From the IMG/VR virus record IMGVR_UViG_3300044491_001439: 64,000 nt of DNA; one strand, given 5' to 3'. A model generated the notes under the pieces. It ran no database searches, was not told where the DNA came from, and was given only the letters and a program-made list of their open reading frames with translations. The stretch comes from an uncultured virus (IMG/VR IMGVR_UViG_3300044491_001439). Taxonomy: Duplodnaviria; Heunggongvirae; Uroviricota; Caudoviricetes; Kyanoviridae. A program made the position numbers and the translations under genes. Shown here in pieces: positions 24,487 through 34,108 of this stretch (within the stretch, counting starts at the first letter, position 1; each line of letters begins with the position of its first letter).

Positions 24487-27400
24487 TCAGATTCCACCTG
24501 CCCAGAATGCATAACCTTTCAGTTTAACTAATTCGCTATCTACATATCCTTTAACTGCGGCTTCCGTTGGAACTTTTTGGTTACTATCAGAAGATAGTGT
24601 GGGATCTGATGAGAACTCGTTGATAGACTCACCAATTTGACCACCAATCGAACCCAGTTGAAGTGATGTCAAACCAGACAGATCGAAGGAAGATGCATTC
24701 AAAGTTGTGCTACCAGTTGACTGGTTAACTTTGAAGTATTTACCAACCGAGAAGTTTCCATCTTGGTCAGTAGAAACATAATAAACACGACCTGGGAAGT
24801 TCTCTGTAACTTCATTGCCTGGAGCGGGTGATTGAATTGGAAGACCTGGGAAGTTGGTCGATGTTTTGGTTCCTGTACCAATGTTCAAGAAGTCGTGACC
24901 AGTCAATCTTACCTGTGAATACAGATATCTGATCTTGAAGTTCTGTCCATTGTAAGAAGGATTGGGTTTCTCTTCCGCAAGAATCAAGGTTACCTGACCA
25001 TTAGGATCTTCTACTGAACTGGAAACAAGCATGAACTCATTATCAATTCTGATATAGTCCCCAGAAAGAATGCTATCTTCGTTGAAGACTCTGATAGAAG
25101 TTTGTGAGTTGTCTAAATCGCCAATATTTTCTGTTTGTGTTGGGTTAAATGCAGTGATTGCAGTTGTAACTGCACCAGCATTATGAGGTGCTGCGGTTGT
25201 TGTTTGTACTCCTCTAGTTACACTAACTTGAGTTGGTCCTGGGAATCCAGTAACTTCAACCATTTCATTATCAATAATCAGGAATCCACCGTTGACCATA
25301 CCAGAAATACTTGTAACATCAAGTGTGGTATCGGCAGCAGACGGCGCAGCGGTCAAAGTTGTTTGACCACCAACAGTATATCTAATAATATCTGATAAAC
25401 CATCATGAACAACAGAAGATGTTGATAAAGCACCTCTGGCAACAGTTAAATCGCCTTTTCCATCAGGAACTGCGTATGAAGAGTTAGAAACAACATAAGT
25501 GAAGATGTCTGCACCTTCTCCGCCAGGACCAGTGATGAATTCAATAGAACCACCAGGTTTTGGTGCTGCATCAAGGTCTCTAACAATAAGAGTAAATCCT
25601 TTCTGACCATCCTGATAAGTTGCTGCTGTATCTAGAACTGCAGTAGAAGCAGAGTCTGCACCAGTGATAGTTTCGTTAGCAATAAATGTTCCTTTCAGTG
25701 GTCTGATTAGAATTTTTGCTGCGCCAACTTGCAATGAAAGAACTTGAGCAATTGCGCCAGAGGTGAAACCTTCGATTCTTTCACCAACAATGAAAACATC
25801 AGATAGAGTTTCTGGTTGATAGTTCAGTTCTTCACCATCGACTCTACCATCAAGAGTAACTTCATCTGCGTTGAATCCAGAGGATACAATACCATAGTTA
25901 CCCCAAGAAGAGTTACCTGCCAGAGATCTGATGTTACCACCATTAGAAGCACAATAAGAAATATGTGCGTAATAGGTGAAGGAAGATACAATCTCGGAGT
26001 TTCCGTTGTTTGTCAACCAGAAACCAACACCGTTGCTTTCGTGAATTTGGGTGAAGGAGTCAAACAACATCGACTTGTTCGATGGAGTTGCGGTTCCTTC
26101 CCACTTCTTGTGAACATGACCATCAACAATAGCACCGACACCAGCCTGCGAGAATGCAGAACACTGTGAGATATAAGGTGACTTGGATGTTGGTGAGTTA
26201 GGCCACAAGCGGAGGAATACACCCTTGATTGTTGCTGTGTTTAAATCTTTTGGGTCGGTAGCAGAAGGAACGAAACCTTCCATACCATCCATAACAAGGT
26301 CTTTCAGCATAGACTTGTTGGACATGTAGAACAATGTTGCATGTTCGTTAAGAACATTGTCTACGATTGAAATAGGAGTATCAACTGCTCCTGATTCATA
26401 AGTATCAGCAGTTGTCCAGTCGCCACCACTAACAGGTAGAATCTGAATAACATCATTACCACTAACAATCTTGGTGTGAAGAACATAAGCAGTTTTGGTG
26501 CCAGCACCATTGCTTACTAATAAACCATCTACTTTATATTCATCTCCAACAGTTCCTGATAGAGTCAGTTCAAGAACAGAACTATTTTGACCTGCATCTG
26601 GTTTAATAGTTGATGTTCTCATGTTGTCGCCAACAATAGAGACATACTCGGGAATAACAATAGGCAATGTCTCGAAGTAAGTACCAGCTTTAACGTAGAT
26701 AGTTGCTGGTCCAGTAACTTGAGTTACTGCATGCCTAATTGAAGCAAAAGATCTAGAGATATTTTCTCCAGTATTAATGTCAGCACCTTCTTCGGTTACG
26801 TAGTAAACCGGATCAGTTACATTGTTATTTTCCCACTGGGGAACTCCTGCGTCACTAACAGCAAGTACTTGACCAGATGTTCCAACAGGTAGACGAGCAG
26901 CACCTGCGCCAGCACGATATAGAATATCTCCTGTATCTGTCAGAACATTTGCTTGGGCACCCTCTGCCAAAGTATTCCAATATGTACCAGTAGCATCCGT
27001 TTCTGGTTCTTCACCAGTAGATTCAGAAACTGCGATATACGAGTTGCTGTTACGTACAACAGCATCTCCCTGATAATAAGTAGTGGAAAGATCCCAAATA
27101 CCTTGCCAAGTGAATCCACCGACAATGAAGTCCCAATCAGCGGCACTTGATCCTGGGTTTTGCCCAATATTAGTTGTTTTTGATACGTAAGAATTACCAC
27201 CGAGAAGAACAACATCTCCTTGCTTATATTCTGTTGCAACATCCCAAGTACCAACTACTTTAAATCCAGTAGTAACGATTTCCCAACTAACTAATAGGTT
27301 AGGTGCAGATCCTGAATGAATATCTGTTGCAACATAAGTATAACCACCATAGGATACGATATCCCCTGGTTGATATGTGGTTGCTCCATCGTAAGTATCT

Positions 27401-27762
27401 TCAAATACCAAACCAGCAACAAACAATTCAAGTTTAGTTTCGTTTACTACGAAATCTGATGAATCTGAAGTGTGTGCTTCGGTTACGCGATATACGCTGT
27501 TGCCATACTTAACAAGGTCATTAAGTTTATAAAACGTACTGCCTTGCCAATCCCCTTTGTTATCTAAACTTTCTGTGTGTACATCCCAGTATTGTGCATC
27601 TTGGGAATACCACATAGTCTCGTTAGAAGACGAAGTGTGATTTGCTTTCGCAACATAAGTATTCGCGCCAAACTTGACGATATCATCAATGACGTAATCG
27701 GTGGCAGCTAACCAGTTGCCAGTCCAATTAAACTTTAATCTACCTAATCTGAAATCAGCCAT
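24487..27762 (-). CDS. Tail fibre/spike-like protein (1091 aa) with N-terminal CBM5/12-like repeats and a pectate-lyase-like beta-helix
   Basis: Five W-x4-Y-x3-D-x-V-x2-G-x2-Y repeats; VYYV...FASIRHA...TIYVKAGTY.E..PI...VSIVGD beta-helix cap; HDFLNIGTG block. Confidence 0.75.
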   Translation of the reverse strand: MADFRLGRLKFNWTGNWLAATDYVIDDIVKFGANTYVAKANHTSSSNETMWYSQDAQYWDVHTESLDNKGDWQGSTFYKLNDLVKYGNSVYRVTEAHTSDSSDFVVNETKLELFVAGLVFEDTYDGATTYQPGDIVSYGGYTYVATDIHSGSAPNLLVSWEIVTTGFKVVGTWDVATEYKQGDVVLLGGNSYVSKTTNIGQNPGSSAADWDFIVGGFTWQGIWDLSTTYYQGDAVVRNSNSYIAVSESTGEEPETDATGTYWNTLAEGAQANVLTDTGDILYRAGAGAARLPVGTSGQVLAVSDAGVPQWENNNVTDPVYYVTEEGADINTGENISRSFASIRHAVTQVTGPATIYVKAGTYFETLPIVIPEYVSIVGDNMRTSTIKPDAGQNSSVLELTLSGTVGDEYKVDGLLVSNGAGTKTAYVLHTKIVSGNDVIQILPVSGGDWTTADTYESGAVDTPISIVDNVLNEHATLFYMSNKSMLKDLVMDGMEGFVPSATDPKDLNTATIKGVFLRLWPNSPTSKSPYISQCSAFSQAGVGAIVDGHVHKKWEGTATPSNKSMLFDSFTQIHESNGVGFWLTNNGNSEIVSSFTYYAHISYCASNGGNIRSLAGNSSWGNYGIVSSGFNADEVTLDGRVDGEELNYQPETLSDVFIVGERIEGFTSGAIAQVLSLQVGAAKILIRPLKGTFIANETITGADSASTAVLDTAATYQDGQKGFTLIVRDLDAAPKPGGSIEFITGPGGEGADIFTYVVSNSSYAVPDGKGDLTVARGALSTSSVVHDGLSDIIRYTVGGQTTLTAAPSAADTTLDVTSISGMVNGGFLIIDNEMVEVTGFPGPTQVSVTRGVQTTTAAPHNAGAVTTAITAFNPTQTENIGDLDNSQTSIRVFNEDSILSGDYIRIDNEFMLVSSSVEDPNGQVTLILAEEKPNPSYNGQNFKIRYLYSQVRLTGHDFLNIGTGTKTSTNFPGLPIQSPAPGNEVTENFPGRVYYVSTDQDGNFSVGKYFKVNQSTGSTTLNASSFDLSGLTSLQLGSIGGQIGESINEFSSDPTLSSDSNQKVPTEAAVKGYVDSELVKLKGYAFWAGGI
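26970..27714 (-). repeat. Five CBM5/12 (chitin-binding type 3)-like protein repeats
   Basis: WLAATDYVIDDIVKFGANTY; WQGSTFYKLNDLVKYGNSVY; YDGATTYQPGDIVSYGGYTY; WDVATEYKQGDVVLLGGNSY; WDLSTTYYQGDAVVRNSNSY. Confidence 0.75.
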
Positions 27763-27777
27763 TGTTGTTTACTTTCC

Positions 27778-28167
27778 TTACTTGGGACCTTCGGTGGTAT
27801 AATCATAATCTTCATTGAAACGAATAACAAAGTATCCGTCATTGTCTACAAAATAAGACACTTTTCGTTCATCAAACCTAAATTGTTGATAACGATCTTC
27901 AGCACTATTATATAGAGACTTTTCTTCTGTAGTTTCTTCTACGTAGTCATACAATCCAGTTGCGATATCCAGGTATGGTGTACCATCTTTTCGCGTGAAA
28001 TCAGCGATTTCAGTTGGATCAATAGATCTGATTTTGGTGTATGTAAGCATACCCTTATCATCTCTTTGTAATGCATGGATGAAAAAATCATTGCCTAAAT
28101 CATCTGATCCATTACCCGTTGTAACGGTATCCGAAGCGCGATAAAAATCGCTTAAGAACATTGTCAT
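27778..28167 (-). CDS. Hypothetical virion protein (129 aa)
   Basis: ATGA-coupled to upstream gene; YQQFRFD...YFVDNDGYFVIRFN motif. Confidence 0.7.
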   Translation of the reverse strand: MTMFLSDFYRASDTVTTGNGSDDLGNDFFIHALQRDDKGMLTYTKIRSIDPTEIADFTRKDGTPYLDIATGLYDYVEETTEEKSLYNSAEDRYQQFRFDERKVSYFVDNDGYFVIRFNEDYDYTTEGPK

Positions 28168-28622
28168 ACGACTACTCTCCAGTAAACTCCTTCCCAGATC
28201 AGTTGAACTTTTGCACCTTTTACATCAAAAACCAATGGAGAATCTATGACGCTTTCATTATTTTGAAATTGTCTTCCAGTGGGATCTGTTATTGTGACAT
28301 TATTTATATGCCACGAAAATGCAGAATCAACAAACTCAATTACGTCTCCTGGTTTTGGAACCAGTCCATTATTATAGTATGGTAAAGTTAAAGTAATGCC
28401 ATTGTTTGTAGTATCTACCAAATAACGCAAGTTTGTACCAAGAAGGGTATCGGTATTAACCCGTTCCCATCTTGCCCTAAACACATCAAAACCACCGTTG
28501 GTTACGCCGTCATGAATGACGGCCATATTTTTATCAGTATCAATAGTTAATTCACCTTCTGCACCAACAAAGTGGGCATGTTCCGAAGTAGTACCACGTC
28601 TAAATTGTACCTGGGTGGTCAT
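28164..28622 (-). CDS. Virion protein with Mtd N-terminal (hyaluronidase-N-like) domain plus gp9/gp10-like domain (152 aa)
   Basis: QVQFRRGTT...FVGAEGELTIDTDK...IHDGVTNGG; VDTTNNGITLTLP...PGDVIEFVD. Confidence 0.75.
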   Translation of the reverse strand: MTTQVQFRRGTTSEHAHFVGAEGELTIDTDKNMAVIHDGVTNGGFDVFRARWERVNTDTLLGTNLRYLVDTTNNGITLTLPYYNNGLVPKPGDVIEFVDSAFSWHINNVTITDPTGRQFQNNESVIDSPLVFDVKGAKVQLIWEGVYWRVVV

Positions 28623-28649
28623 GACGTAAAAGATAATGGTTACTGCTAA

Positions 28650-28657
28650 TATTTATA
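28650..28657 (-). promoter_or_regulatory. T4-type late promoter TATAAATA
   Basis: Perfect consensus 27 nt before ATG 28622. Confidence 0.7.
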
Positions 28658-28660
28658 CTG

Positions 28661-31600
28661 TTAAATAATCCATCCATAAGTACGTTTTGGAGCAACACTA
28701 ATCTTAACAGTTGCTGCGATACCCTGAATAATAATATTAACATCGGGTCTGTGTCCAAGCAGTGGAGAGGTGATGGTATCGCCATTGATCTTGATAGATC
28801 CAGTACCAAAGATACGGAGAGAAATACCGATAATGGTATCGCCGTGTACCTTGAATTGACCTGATCCTTCGTATCCGAAAGAGCGAAGAACTTTCGCTTC
28901 GCCATCGGTTGTAATTTCTGTTCCTTCTTCTGGTGGGTTGGCAGTTGTTTTTTCTGCTGCTGTGCCAGAGAGTTGAACTTCTGTCTGACCAACGTAAGGA
29001 GCCTTATCAAACGATTCTACAGCAGAACCACTAATTTCTACATGGATATCAGAAACAACTGATTTAGTAAATCTCTGTCTCGCAACACCGATGAACTCGA
29101 AGATTGCAACATTTTCATAAGTGATTGTTCTAGACTCTGCTGCTCCACCGAATACAGGAAGTTTGCCACGACCTTCGTATGCTCTTGATCTTGGGGTTTG
29201 TGCGACACCAGCAAAGTTGATGTCTGCTTGTAGACTTGGAGCGAATGCAACTCTTTCTGCTGCACCCGAGAAAGAGAAGATAGAACCAAATACAACTTCG
29301 CTTGCTGTAACACTTTCTCTTGCAGTACCAGAAAGAGCGAACAGAACTTGTTCGCCAGTATAGTCGTATGCAACTGCTTCTTGAGCAGATACAAATCCGA
29401 AGAGGTTGCCATCACCAACATGGGAAAGAGTGATAACAATATTAGCTTCACCGCTGATATCGTAAAGACCCTCTGCTGGTGGTGTAACTGCTCTAGATTC
29501 TGCTGCACCACTAATTGCGTAAAGATTACCAGTTCCTGTGAATATACGACTAATACTAGAGTCTGCAATACCAGTTGCAGAGAATAGTAACTGCTTCTCA
29601 AGAGGATTAAAGGTAGCAGATTCTACAGCACCGGAGAATGTACCAATGTGGATCTGACCGATATAGTCTCTTGCAGATCTTTCGACGCCAGCACCACTGA
29701 TGGTTGCAGTACCTCCGCCAGGAGGAGCAATCTTAACTACATGTACATCAACATTTTCTGCGAATATTCTTGCATCAACTTGCTTGACTTCAGATACTGC
29801 AGATGCAATTGATGCTTTTCCAGTAAAGGAGAATAGTAACTGCTTCTCAAGAGGATTAAAGGTAGCAGATTCTGCAGCACCAGAAAGTGTGGATATTCTA
29901 CCTTCACCAACAAAGTCTTTTGCAGTTCTGTATTCTGCAATACCACTGACAGGAATAGTACCTTCGACATTCCAGTTCGGGGTGAACCTGATATCAGCAG
30001 ATTCTGTATAGAGATTGATACCTCCCGTTCCAACTTCAGAGCGACTAACTTTCTGAACTGCAAATCCAGTTGCAGAGAATAGAAGTTGTCTCTCCAGAGG
30101 ATTGAATGTAGCAGATTCTGCTGCACCTGATAATGTAGAGATTCGACCAGAACCAGTAAAGACTTTTGATCTTTGAGTATCTGCAACTCCATTAATATCA
30201 ATTTCAATCTCTTTAGTCTCAACAAACGTGAGATTTTCGGGAGCAGTAGATCCTCTGAATGTGAATAGCGAACCAGAGAATATTTCTCGGAATGTTGCTT
30301 TCTGACTTGCAAATCCAGAAACATTGAGGTGTGCTGTGAACTCTGGAAGTTTTTTGGTAGTCGCTTCGGAACTGATTCCGTTGGAGAAGATAGCGCCAGT
30401 TCCGAGATATGCATCGGTTTGTCTTTCGACTGCTGCACCACTGACAACAACGCGAACTGTTGGTTGTTCTGTAAATGTACGTAGAGGAGTAGCAATCTCT
30501 CCAGAGAGAATGACATGTGTTGTAATATCTGGAGGATTGAATGCAGAAGATTCTGTTGCTGTTCCAAGTAGATGAAGAGTAGATGGAACAAATCCAGGAA
30601 TCTTGACAGTTTTCGATTCTGAAACTAATCCACGCGAGAAGATAGTACCTTCTGCCAGATATACATCTACATTGAGTACACCTGCGACACCAAATACAGA
30701 TATTGTTCCGAATGGTTGTTCTGCAAATGTTCGGTTTGGAGTCTTTGCAAGTTGACCAGAAAGATTGATATTTCCTTCTGCTGTGTAGTTTCCGAAGGAG
30801 AATGATTCCTCGGCAAATCCACTGATAGAGAACAGAAGTTGTCTTTCTGTAGGATTGACTGTGAAAGATTCTGCAGAACCAGATAGTGTGGAAATGCGAC
30901 CACTGCCATTCCAGTTTGGTACATAAGCTTCTCGAACATCTCCAAAAATTCTTGCTTGTACTTCTGGTTGCTCTGCAAAGGTACGCAGTGAAATAGGAAT
31001 CTCACCAGTAATCTCGAAGAGAGCACCATCAACAACTTCTCTGACAGTAGACTTGAGGGAAGTAATTCCTCCAGTAAAGTCGAAGAGTGAGAATAGATCT
31101 TCTGGAGATGCAGTGAAGGATTCTGCAACACCCGACAGCGTAGAGATTCTTCCAGTTCCCTGGTATCCTCTTGCCCTGACTTCTGTAGATGCGCCACTAA
31201 TATTGAATAACGTGGCGAATACTTCATCAACAGTTGTAGATTCTGCCGCACCTGAAAGACCGAATAGAGTTCCAGATCCCTCGTGTGCTTTGGTTGCTCG
31301 TAATACACTTTGACCAGTAATATCAAAGAGAATCTGTCTCTCAACTGGATTGCCAGTAAAGGATTCTGCAGCACCAGACAGTGTGGAAATGAATCCAGTT
31401 CCTTGGTATCCTCTCGATCTAATCTCGGAAGAAGCACCGCTGATGAATATAGTCGCATCCTGAACAGTATTACCGGTAAAGGTAACTCCTGCCTGGCCAG
31501 AGATATTAATTTCAACATCTCTTTCTTCAGAGAATGCTCTAATAAACTCCGATCTTCCGCCAAACTGGAATAGAACTTGGAACTTCTCGGCAACACCTAC

Positions 31601-34027
31601 CTTCTCTGATGTAGCAGCACCAAAGATACGGAATCCACCAAGTCCACTTTGTACATTGGGGAAGCGAATTCCAACTTCGCCACGGAAAGCGAACAGTCTA
31701 TCACCACCATCAATAAATGCTGTTTCGTGAGAAAGAATAACGACAGGAACTGCAGTACCACCAAATCTCTCAAAGAGACCGAATGGATACGTAGTATCAT
31801 GATCAAGAATATGTTGCCAATCTTGCCTATCATCTGGAGTGGAGAACCATCCTCTCTCTCCAGTATATGCAAGATCTAATGTGCCAAAATCCGTTAACGG
31901 GTAGAGAGCAACTGGATCTGCACTTGTCGATGCTGTAGTAGCAACAGATCCCAGATCAATCGGAACAAGGAAGTCGGTGGAAGAATTATTGTAACTGTAA
32001 ACTCTTGCTTCGTCTGCTCCAACAAAGTCGAACAGTATTCCAGAACCAAAATGCTTAAGAGTGACTTTCTCGGTGACAAGACCACCATCGATATCCAGAT
32101 GTGCGAGTCCGTTGTATTTCGGAATAAATCTGGTCTGTGATATACCACTGAATGAGAACAGTGCTTCTCTTTCTTGTGGGTTTCCAGTAAAGGATTCTGC
32201 CGCACCAGATAGAGTAGAGATAACACCAGTTCCCTGGTATCCTCTACCGATGTTGATGTTTTCCAGTGCTCCTTTGAACTCGAAGAGAGTCTGGAACTGT
32301 TCTCTGGATACAAATACTTCTTCGGCACTTCCTTGAATGGTGATATCACCACTTCCGGACCATACAGGAGGAACAAAGATGAATACATCACCACCAACAG
32401 TGAATGTGCCAGAACCAGAGAATGCACGAACTCTTGGTGTCTCTGCTGTTCCTTTGAGTGGTAGAAGACCGAATGGATAGTTAGTATAGTTATCAAGAAT
32501 ACCCTGATAATCGACACGGATGTCTGGAGTAGACATCCATCCAGTTTCGCCAGTATATCGAAGATCTAAATTGCCATAGTCATCGAAGATTGTCGCTGTA
32601 TTAGCAACAGATCCGTAATCAGGATGGGTAATGAAGTCAATCGAAGAGGTGTTGTAAGAGAATACTCTTCTCTCTTCTGCTCCGATAAAGTCGAACAGAA
32701 CACCTGTGCCGAGATGAGCAAGAGCAACTTTCTCTGTGACGAGTCCACCATCAATATCGAGATGTACTCTTCCATTGTATCTTGGAATAAATCTGGTGAG
32801 ACCAGCACCCTGAACCTTGACATCGAGACCTTGGATAGCAGGTGTTGCTGATCTGCTTTGTCCAGCAACACCCGTGAAGTCCAGTAACTTGTGTTCTTGA
32901 TCTGGACTTGCAGTAACTGCTTCTGCTGCACCAGACAGTGTAGAAATGAATCCAGAACCAAACTCTTGTAGCGAGAAGTTTGTCTTGGATACACCACTGA
33001 TTGTAAATGATCCTTCGCCGTAATGGTTTTGAGGACCCTTGGTTCGGGCATCGCCAAGGTTGAATAGTGTACCAGTACCAGTGATGTGTGTAAGTTTCGC
33101 GCCAATCGTTTCGCTGCGAAGCTTGAATAGACCGAATGGAGACTTGGTGTAGTTGACGAGGATCTCGCCACGATCAAAGATCTCGTATACATCATCACCA
33201 GGATCTCTGAATAGAGAACCAAAGTCTTCGTTAGGTTGTGTTGTAGATGCGGCAACCTGACCGTAATCTTCGTATGTAAAGAAGTCGGTTCCAGGATATG
33301 AATAAGTGAGTCTTCTGCTCTCGTTACCAAATCCGAATAGAGTTCCAGCACCATCATACGCAAACGTGCGTAGAGGTTGAGTGCTGCCAATGTTGAATAG
33401 CGTACCACTACCAATGTGGAGTAGTGATGATAAGACAAGTGCGTCACCACCAACTTCAAATAGTGTCTTGCGTGTATCTCCATCTACGAGATCAGGCTGC
33501 TCGGGATATACCGTAGCTTTTGCTTCGCCTGTAAAGGATCCACTGAATAGAGATCCAGATCCACTGTATTGGGTGCTGTAAGACGCTACAGCGTCCCCGT
33601 ATACGTTTGGACCACCAGAAGTGTCGTAACGATACAAGAACGCTGCATTTGCCTCTCCTCGGAGGGAGATGGTGCCTTCAACAATCCATGGGGCTTGTAG
33701 TCTTGTAAATGCTTCGCCCAACTCAAAGAGTTGACCGCTACCAACGAATACTTTCTTAACAACGAACGTCGTGCTGCTCGCTAGTCTAACGACGCCGAAT
33801 GGGAATCTTGTCTGTTGATCATAACGCATGTCACCCCAGTCTTCCTGACCGGTAGTAGGTTCGGTGACACTTCCATGATCGATTGTTGCCGTGGGCGCTC
33901 CAAGCGTTCCCAGGTCAACATAGATAAATGGCAGAATTGTAGATGGTGTATAGCTGTAGGAAATATTCCCGAAGTCAAATCCAACTACGGGAGATATAAA
34001 CCCAGAACCAGCATACGAAAATACCAT
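28661..34027 (-). CDS. Long repetitive virion/fibre protein (1788 aa)
   Basis: Recurrent G[ST]G-x-ISTLSG-x-AES-x-T-x-NP-x-E-x-Q-L-L-F units and four DxG-rich units ending in PFG; no Cys seen. Confidence 0.75.
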   Translation of the reverse strand: MVFSYAGSGFISPVVGFDFGNISYSYTPSTILPFIYVDLGTLGAPTATIDHGSVTEPTTGQEDWGDMRYDQQTRFPFGVVRLASSTTFVVKKVFVGSGQLFELGEAFTRLQAPWIVEGTISLRGEANAAFLYRYDTSGGPNVYGDAVASYSTQYSGSGSLFSGSFTGEAKATVYPEQPDLVDGDTRKTLFEVGGDALVLSSLLHIGSGTLFNIGSTQPLRTFAYDGAGTLFGFGNESRRLTYSYPGTDFFTYEDYGQVAASTTQPNEDFGSLFRDPGDDVYEIFDRGEILVNYTKSPFGLFKLRSETIGAKLTHITGTGTLFNLGDARTKGPQNHYGEGSFTISGVSKTNFSLQEFGSGFISTLSGAAEAVTASPDQEHKLLDFTGVAGQSRSATPAIQGLDVKVQGAGLTRFIPRYNGRVHLDIDGGLVTEKVALAHLGTGVLFDFIGAEERRVFSYNTSSIDFITHPDYGSVANTATIFDDYGNLDLRYTGETGWMSTPDIRVDYQGILDNYTNYPFGLLPLKGTAETPRVRAFSGSGTFTVGGDVFIFVPPVWSGSGDITIQGSAEEVFVSREQFQTLFEFKGALENINIGRGYQGTGVISTLSGAAESFTGNPQEREALFSFSGISQTRFIPKYNGLAHLDIDGGLVTEKVTLKHFGSGILFDFVGADEARVYSYNNSSTDFLVPIDLGSVATTASTSADPVALYPLTDFGTLDLAYTGERGWFSTPDDRQDWQHILDHDTTYPFGLFERFGGTAVPVVILSHETAFIDGGDRLFAFRGEVGIRFPNVQSGLGGFRIFGAATSEKVGVAEKFQVLFQFGGRSEFIRAFSEERDVEINISGQAGVTFTGNTVQDATIFISGASSEIRSRGYQGTGFISTLSGAAESFTGNPVERQILFDITGQSVLRATKAHEGSGTLFGLSGAAESTTVDEVFATLFNISGASTEVRARGYQGTGRISTLSGVAESFTASPEDLFSLFDFTGGITSLKSTVREVVDGALFEITGEIPISLRTFAEQPEVQARIFGDVREAYVPNWNGSGRISTLSGSAESFTVNPTERQLLFSISGFAEESFSFGNYTAEGNINLSGQLAKTPNRTFAEQPFGTISVFGVAGVLNVDVYLAEGTIFSRGLVSESKTVKIPGFVPSTLHLLGTATESSAFNPPDITTHVILSGEIATPLRTFTEQPTVRVVVSGAAVERQTDAYLGTGAIFSNGISSEATTKKLPEFTAHLNVSGFASQKATFREIFSGSLFTFRGSTAPENLTFVETKEIEIDINGVADTQRSKVFTGSGRISTLSGAAESATFNPLERQLLFSATGFAVQKVSRSEVGTGGINLYTESADIRFTPNWNVEGTIPVSGIAEYRTAKDFVGEGRISTLSGAAESATFNPLEKQLLFSFTGKASIASAVSEVKQVDARIFAENVDVHVVKIAPPGGGTATISGAGVERSARDYIGQIHIGTFSGAVESATFNPLEKQLLFSATGIADSSISRIFTGTGNLYAISGAAESRAVTPPAEGLYDISGEANIVITLSHVGDGNLFGFVSAQEAVAYDYTGEQVLFALSGTARESVTASEVVFGSIFSFSGAAERVAFAPSLQADINFAGVAQTPRSRAYEGRGKLPVFGGAAESRTITYENVAIFEFIGVARQRFTKSVVSDIHVEISGSAVESFDKAPYVGQTEVQLSGTAAEKTTANPPEEGTEITTDGEAKVLRSFGYEGSGQFKVHGDTIIGISLRIFGTGSIKINGDTITSPLLGHRPDVNIIIQGIAATVKISVAPKRTYGWII
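29580..29873. repeat. Exact 45-bp direct repeat (29580-29624 and 29829-29873), 249 bp apart
   Basis: GAGAATAGTAACTGCTTCTCAAGAGGATTAAAGGTAGCAGATTCT in both places; degenerate third copy near 30075. Confidence 0.9.
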
Positions 34028-34049
34028 CTATATCAGCATACAGCGAAAT

Positions 34050-34075
34050 AAAAGGGGGATCGCAAGCAACCCCCC
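34050..34075 (-). terminator. Rho-independent terminator
   Basis: GGGGGGTTGC-TT-GCGATCCCCC then TTTTATTT on minus strand, after the 465-aa gene. Confidence 0.7.
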
Positions 34076-34108
34076 TGATACCATGATATAGATTTCAATG
34101 TAATTAAA

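Noticed and set aside
28164..28622. Mtd N-terminal domain as a sign of a diversity-generating retroelement
   Set aside because: Only the structural N-terminal domain is present; no reverse transcriptase, Avd or TR/VR pair with adenine-specific mismatches was seen in the window
29580..29873. 45-bp direct repeat as CRISPR or DGR TR/VR
   Set aside because: Only two exact copies, in frame (249 bp) inside a repetitive CDS; no spacer array or cas genes
29038..33483. Long +1-frame ORFs (187-309 aa) as overprinted genes
   Set aside because: Leu/Gln/Ser-rich shadow composition, no motifs, and explicable by NTA-codon avoidance in the real frame
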